This document shows positions 61,183-64,000 of a stretch of DNA of 64,000 nucleotides, in pieces. The translations under genes were made by a program, and so were the position numbers. The notes beneath the pieces are model-generated. The model was not told the origin of the DNA and did no database searches. It saw only the letters and a program-made list of their open reading frames with translations. Each line of letters opens with the position of its first letter. The stretch's first letter is position 1. The DNA is taken from assembly GCA_903909605.1 (NCBI GenBank), contig CAIVWH010000031.1:3704-67703 (forward strand). Direction: 5' to 3'. Source of the DNA: an uncultured Micrococcales bacterium (GTDB taxonomy: Bacteria; Actinomycetota; Actinomycetes; Actinomycetales; Microbacteriaceae).

Positions 61183-64000
61183 GTTGCATCGAACAGTCGC
61201 GCAAGCGTGCCCCAGGCGAAGTCGATGGCCGCCTGATCGCGCACTTGCTCGCCGGTTGGCGACCACGGCAGCGGCAGGGTCACGGTCTTGGAACCGGCCA
61301 TGTAACGAAGACCGGAAATTTGGTGCGACAGGGCAACCTGACGCTCGGGGGTCAGCTCGACCGGCGTCACCTTCACCTGCGTGCCGAGCATGGTGAGCTC
61401 CTTGATGCCGAGGCGGTTGGCCTGCTGGCGCAGGGCCGTGATCTCGATCAGGTTAAGCACCGGCTGCGGCGCCTGACCATAACGGTCAACCAATTCAGCC
61501 AGGATGGCCTGCAACTGCTCACGCGTGCCACTCTCGCCCGAGCTCGCCGAGAGCTTGTGGTAGGCCTCGAGACGCAGTCGCTCGCTGTCGACGTAGGTGA
61601 CCGGAATGTGAGCATCCACGGGCAGTTCGAGCTTGAGTTCGGCAGGGGCCTCGATCTTCTGGCCCTTGAACTCGGCAACAGCCTCGCCGATCATGCGCAG
61701 ATAGAGGTCGAAGCCGACGCCCGCGATGTGGCCGCTCTGCTCGCCGCCGAGCAAGTTGCCGGCACCGCGAATCTCGAGGTCTTTGAGCGCAACCTGCATG
61801 CCTGAGCCGAGCTCGTTGTTGGTGGCGATGGTGGCAAGGCGGTCGTGCGCAGTTTCGGTGAGGGTCTTCGACGGGTCATAGAAGAAGTAGGCATAGGCAC
61901 GCTCGCGCGAACGACCGACGCGACCGCGAATCTGGTGCAGCTGGCTCAGGCCGAAGTTCTCGGCGCGATCCACAATCAGGGTGTTGGCGTTCGGAATGTC
62001 GATTCCGGTTTCGATGATTGTGGTCGAAACTAGAACGTCGAACTTCTTCTGCCAGAAGTCGATCACCACCTGCTCGAGCTGGTGCTCGTTCATCTGACCG
62101 TGGGCAACGGCAATGCGCGCCTCGGGCACTAGGGCTCGCAGATCGCTGGCCGCCTTGTCGATACTCTGCACGCGGTTGTGCACGAAGAAGACCTGACCCT
62201 CGCGAATCAGTTCGCGGCGAATCGCCGCCGCAACCTGCTTCTCGCTGTAGCCACCGACGTAGGTGAGAATCGGGTGGCGCTCTTCTGGCGGGGTCGCAAG
62301 GGTCGACATTTCACGGATGCCCGTGATGGCCATCTCGAGTGTGCGCGGAATCGGCGTGGCCGACATCGAAAGCACATCGACGTTCTGTTTCATCTCTTTG
62401 AGCAGCTCTTTGTGCTCGACGCCGAAGCGCTGCTCTTCGTCGACAATAACGAGGCCGAGATTGCGGAACTTCACGTTCTTGCTGAGCAACCGGTGTGTGC
62501 CAACCACCATGTCGATTGCGCCGGTGGCGAGGCCGGCGAGAACATCCTTGGCTTCTTTATCGGTTTGAAAACGGCTGAGCGCGCGCACGGTAACCGGAAA
62601 GCCGGCGAAGCGATCTGTGATGGTCTCGACGTGCTGACGCACCAGCAGCGTGGTTGGCACGAGCATGGCCACCTGGGTGCCGTCTTGAATCGCCTTGAAC
62701 GCGGCACGGATTGCCACCTCGGTCTTGCCGTAACCAACGTCGCCGGCGAGCAGGCGATCCATCGGCACCTGCGACTCCATGTCGCGCTTGACCTCGTCGA
62801 TCGTGGTGAGCTGGTCTGGGGTTTCGACGAAGGCGAACGCCTCCTCGAGTTCGCGCTGCCAAGGGGTGTCTGGCCCGAAGGCGTGGCCCTTCGACTTCAC
62901 TCGCGCCGAATAGAGCTTGACCAGGTCGATGGCAATCTTGCGCACGGCCCTGCGAGCGTTGGCCTTGGTGCGCGACCAATCGCCGCCGCCCATCTTGCTG
63001 AGCACCGGGGCCTCGCCGCCGACATAGCGGGTCAGGTAGTCGAGCTGATCGGTAGGCACGAATAGAGTGTCGCCCGGGTGGCCCTTCTTCGATGGCGCGT
63101 ATTCGATCAGCAGGTATTCGCGGGTCGAACCGGCAACGCCCATGGTTCTCGTGACCAGCTCTTTGAAGCGCCCGATGCCGTGCACCTCGTGCACCACGTA
63201 GTCGCCCGACTTTAGGGTCAGCGGGTCGACCGCCGCACCACGCTTGGCGGCAAGTTTTCGCTGCTGCGGGGTCACATAGCTGGCATTGCGACCATAGAAA
63301 TCGCTCTCGGTCAGCACGATCAGGTCGCTGCGCGGGGCGGCATAACCTTTGCGAAGTGGCACCTGGGCAATGGTGGCTGGGATGCTCGCCGCCGTCAGTT
63401 GCTCGCCGATGCGCTCTGCCGTGCCGTGACCCTCGGCGGTGACGAAGATCTGCTGCCCGTTCTTGGCCTGATCTTGCAGCCACTCGATTGGGGTTGCATC
63501 GATGCCGGCGAAGTTCGGGATCTCGAGCATCTCGAGATTCACGAGGGTCTCGTCGTCCGCACCGAACTGGCTGAGCGTGAAAAGTTGTTTGTCGGCGATT
63601 GCGGTTTTGAACTGGTCGAGAGTTTTGAAGCCACCGGCACTCAGGTCAATCGGTGCGCTCGCCCCCTCGATGGCGGCATCCCAGGCGGCGTGCAAAAACT
63701 CTTCGTTGGTGTCAATCAGGTTTTGCGCGCGAGCCGCACACTTCTCGGGGCTAAGCATGGTGACCAGCGAGCCGGCTGGCAGGTATTCGTTGAGCGTGGT
63801 CAGTCGTTCGGCGAGCACCGGCGCGAGCGATTCCATGCCGTCGACCGGAATGCCCTGCGAAATCTTTTCGAGCATCGTGCTCAGGTTCGGAAACTCGTGG
63901 TGCATTTGGCGCGCGCGGTTTGCGACATCCGGCGTGATGATGATTTCGCGGGCGGCATAGAGCTCGATTGAGTCGAGTTGCGAGGTGATCTCGCCGGTAT
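61167..64000 (-). CDS. mfd: transcription-repair coupling factor Mfd, C-terminal ~940 aa; 5' end outside the window
   Basis: The frame stays open from 63905 to the window edge. SF2 helicase motifs (GDVGYGKTEVA, DEEQRFG, SATPIPRT) and RID/CarD-like DYVVHEVHGIG are present. Confidence 0.93.
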   Translation of the reverse strand, partial: TGEITSQLDSIELYAAREIIITPDVANRARQMHHEFPNLSTMLEKISQGIPVDGMESLAPVLAERLTTLNEYLPAGSLVTMLSPEKCAARAQNLIDTNEEFLHAAWDAAIEGASAPIDLSAGGFKTLDQFKTAIADKQLFTLSQFGADDETLVNLEMLEIPNFAGIDATPIEWLQDQAKNGQQIFVTAEGHGTAERIGEQLTAASIPATIAQVPLRKGYAAPRSDLIVLTESDFYGRNASYVTPQQRKLAAKRGAAVDPLTLKSGDYVVHEVHGIGRFKELVTRTMGVAGSTREYLLIEYAPSKKGHPGDTLFVPTDQLDYLTRYVGGEAPVLSKMGGGDWSRTKANARRAVRKIAIDLVKLYSARVKSKGHAFGPDTPWQRELEEAFAFVETPDQLTTIDEVKRDMESQVPMDRLLAGDVGYGKTEVAIRAAFKAIQDGTQVAMLVPTTLLVRQHVETITDRFAGFPVTVRALSRFQTDKEAKDVLAGLATGAIDMVVGTHRLLSKNVKFRNLGLVIVDEEQRFGVEHKELLKEMKQNVDVLSMSATPIPRTLEMAITGIREMSTLATPPEERHPILTYVGGYSEKQVAAAIRRELIREGQVFFVHNRVQSIDKAASDLRALVPEARIAVAHGQMNEHQLEQVVIDFWQKKFDVLVSTTIIETGIDIPNANTLIVDRAENFGLSQLHQIRGRVGRSRERAYAYFFYDPSKTLTETAHDRLATIATNNELGSGMQVALKDLEIRGAGNLLGGEQSGHIAGVGFDLYLRMIGEAVAEFKGQKIEAPAELKLELPVDAHIPVTYVDSERLRLEAYHKLSASSGESGTREQLQAILAELVDRYGQAPQPVLNLIEITALRQQANRLGIKELTMLGTQVKVTPVELTPERQVALSHQISGLRYMAGSKTVTLPLPWSPTGEQVRDQAAIDFAWGTLARLFDATQSAE

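Overview
This window is actinobacterial chromosome of moderately high GC, inferred from a sigH-rshA pair, DUF4245/DUF4307/DUF501 genes and gene order resembling the M. tuberculosis Rv1020-1026 and Rv1098-1112 neighbourhoods. About 50 kb is densely packed housekeeping DNA: sucA/kgd 3' end, sigH-rshA, aroA, rsgA, hisN, mmsA, two glpX paralogues, ychF, rmuC, a PfkB kinase, fbaA, ispH, xseAB, fumC, cysEK, PIN-PhoH, uppS, greA, a MacB-type ABC pair, ilvA, ycaQ, htpX, lemA, ndh, DUF501, ftsB, eno, a sugar ABC operon, hisS, mazG and the mfd 3' part. The accessory part lies between hisS and mfd, inside the otherwise conserved mfd-mazG...eno block. (i) An ~8 kb island (about 49531-57497) sits in the 5' end of hisS, bracketed by diverged ~420 bp direct repeats of the hisS 5' region; the displaced copy is a pseudogene, and I could not recognise any integrase or transposase. 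(ii) A visibly lower-GC islet carries an AspBHI/Mrr-like modification-dependent restriction endonuclease. (iii) A Gp49/HigB-type toxin with two XRE-HTH genes is wedged between mazG and mfd. The best candidate for an undescribed system is in the island. It is a translationally coupled operon of two paralogous membrane proteins (shared D-x-PGH-x-CGIDC motif), a small membrane protein and an ADP-ribosylglycohydrolase. This operon is divergently paired, across a perfect 24-bp palindrome, with a 387-aa protein whose N-terminus looks like a proteasome-beta/HslV Ntn-hydrolase (Thr1/Asp17/Lys). The island also holds a run of small Cys/His-rich proteins and a TM0106-type RecB-like nuclease. Other oddities are a well-folded class I tRNA with anticodon UAA that abuts a terminator, a membrane-anchored collagen-like protein next to an Asp-less OmpR-type response regulator, and Lys/Ala/Pro-rich tails on NDH-2 and a small membrane protein. 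All functional calls come from reading the translations and recalling family motifs; no searches were run.
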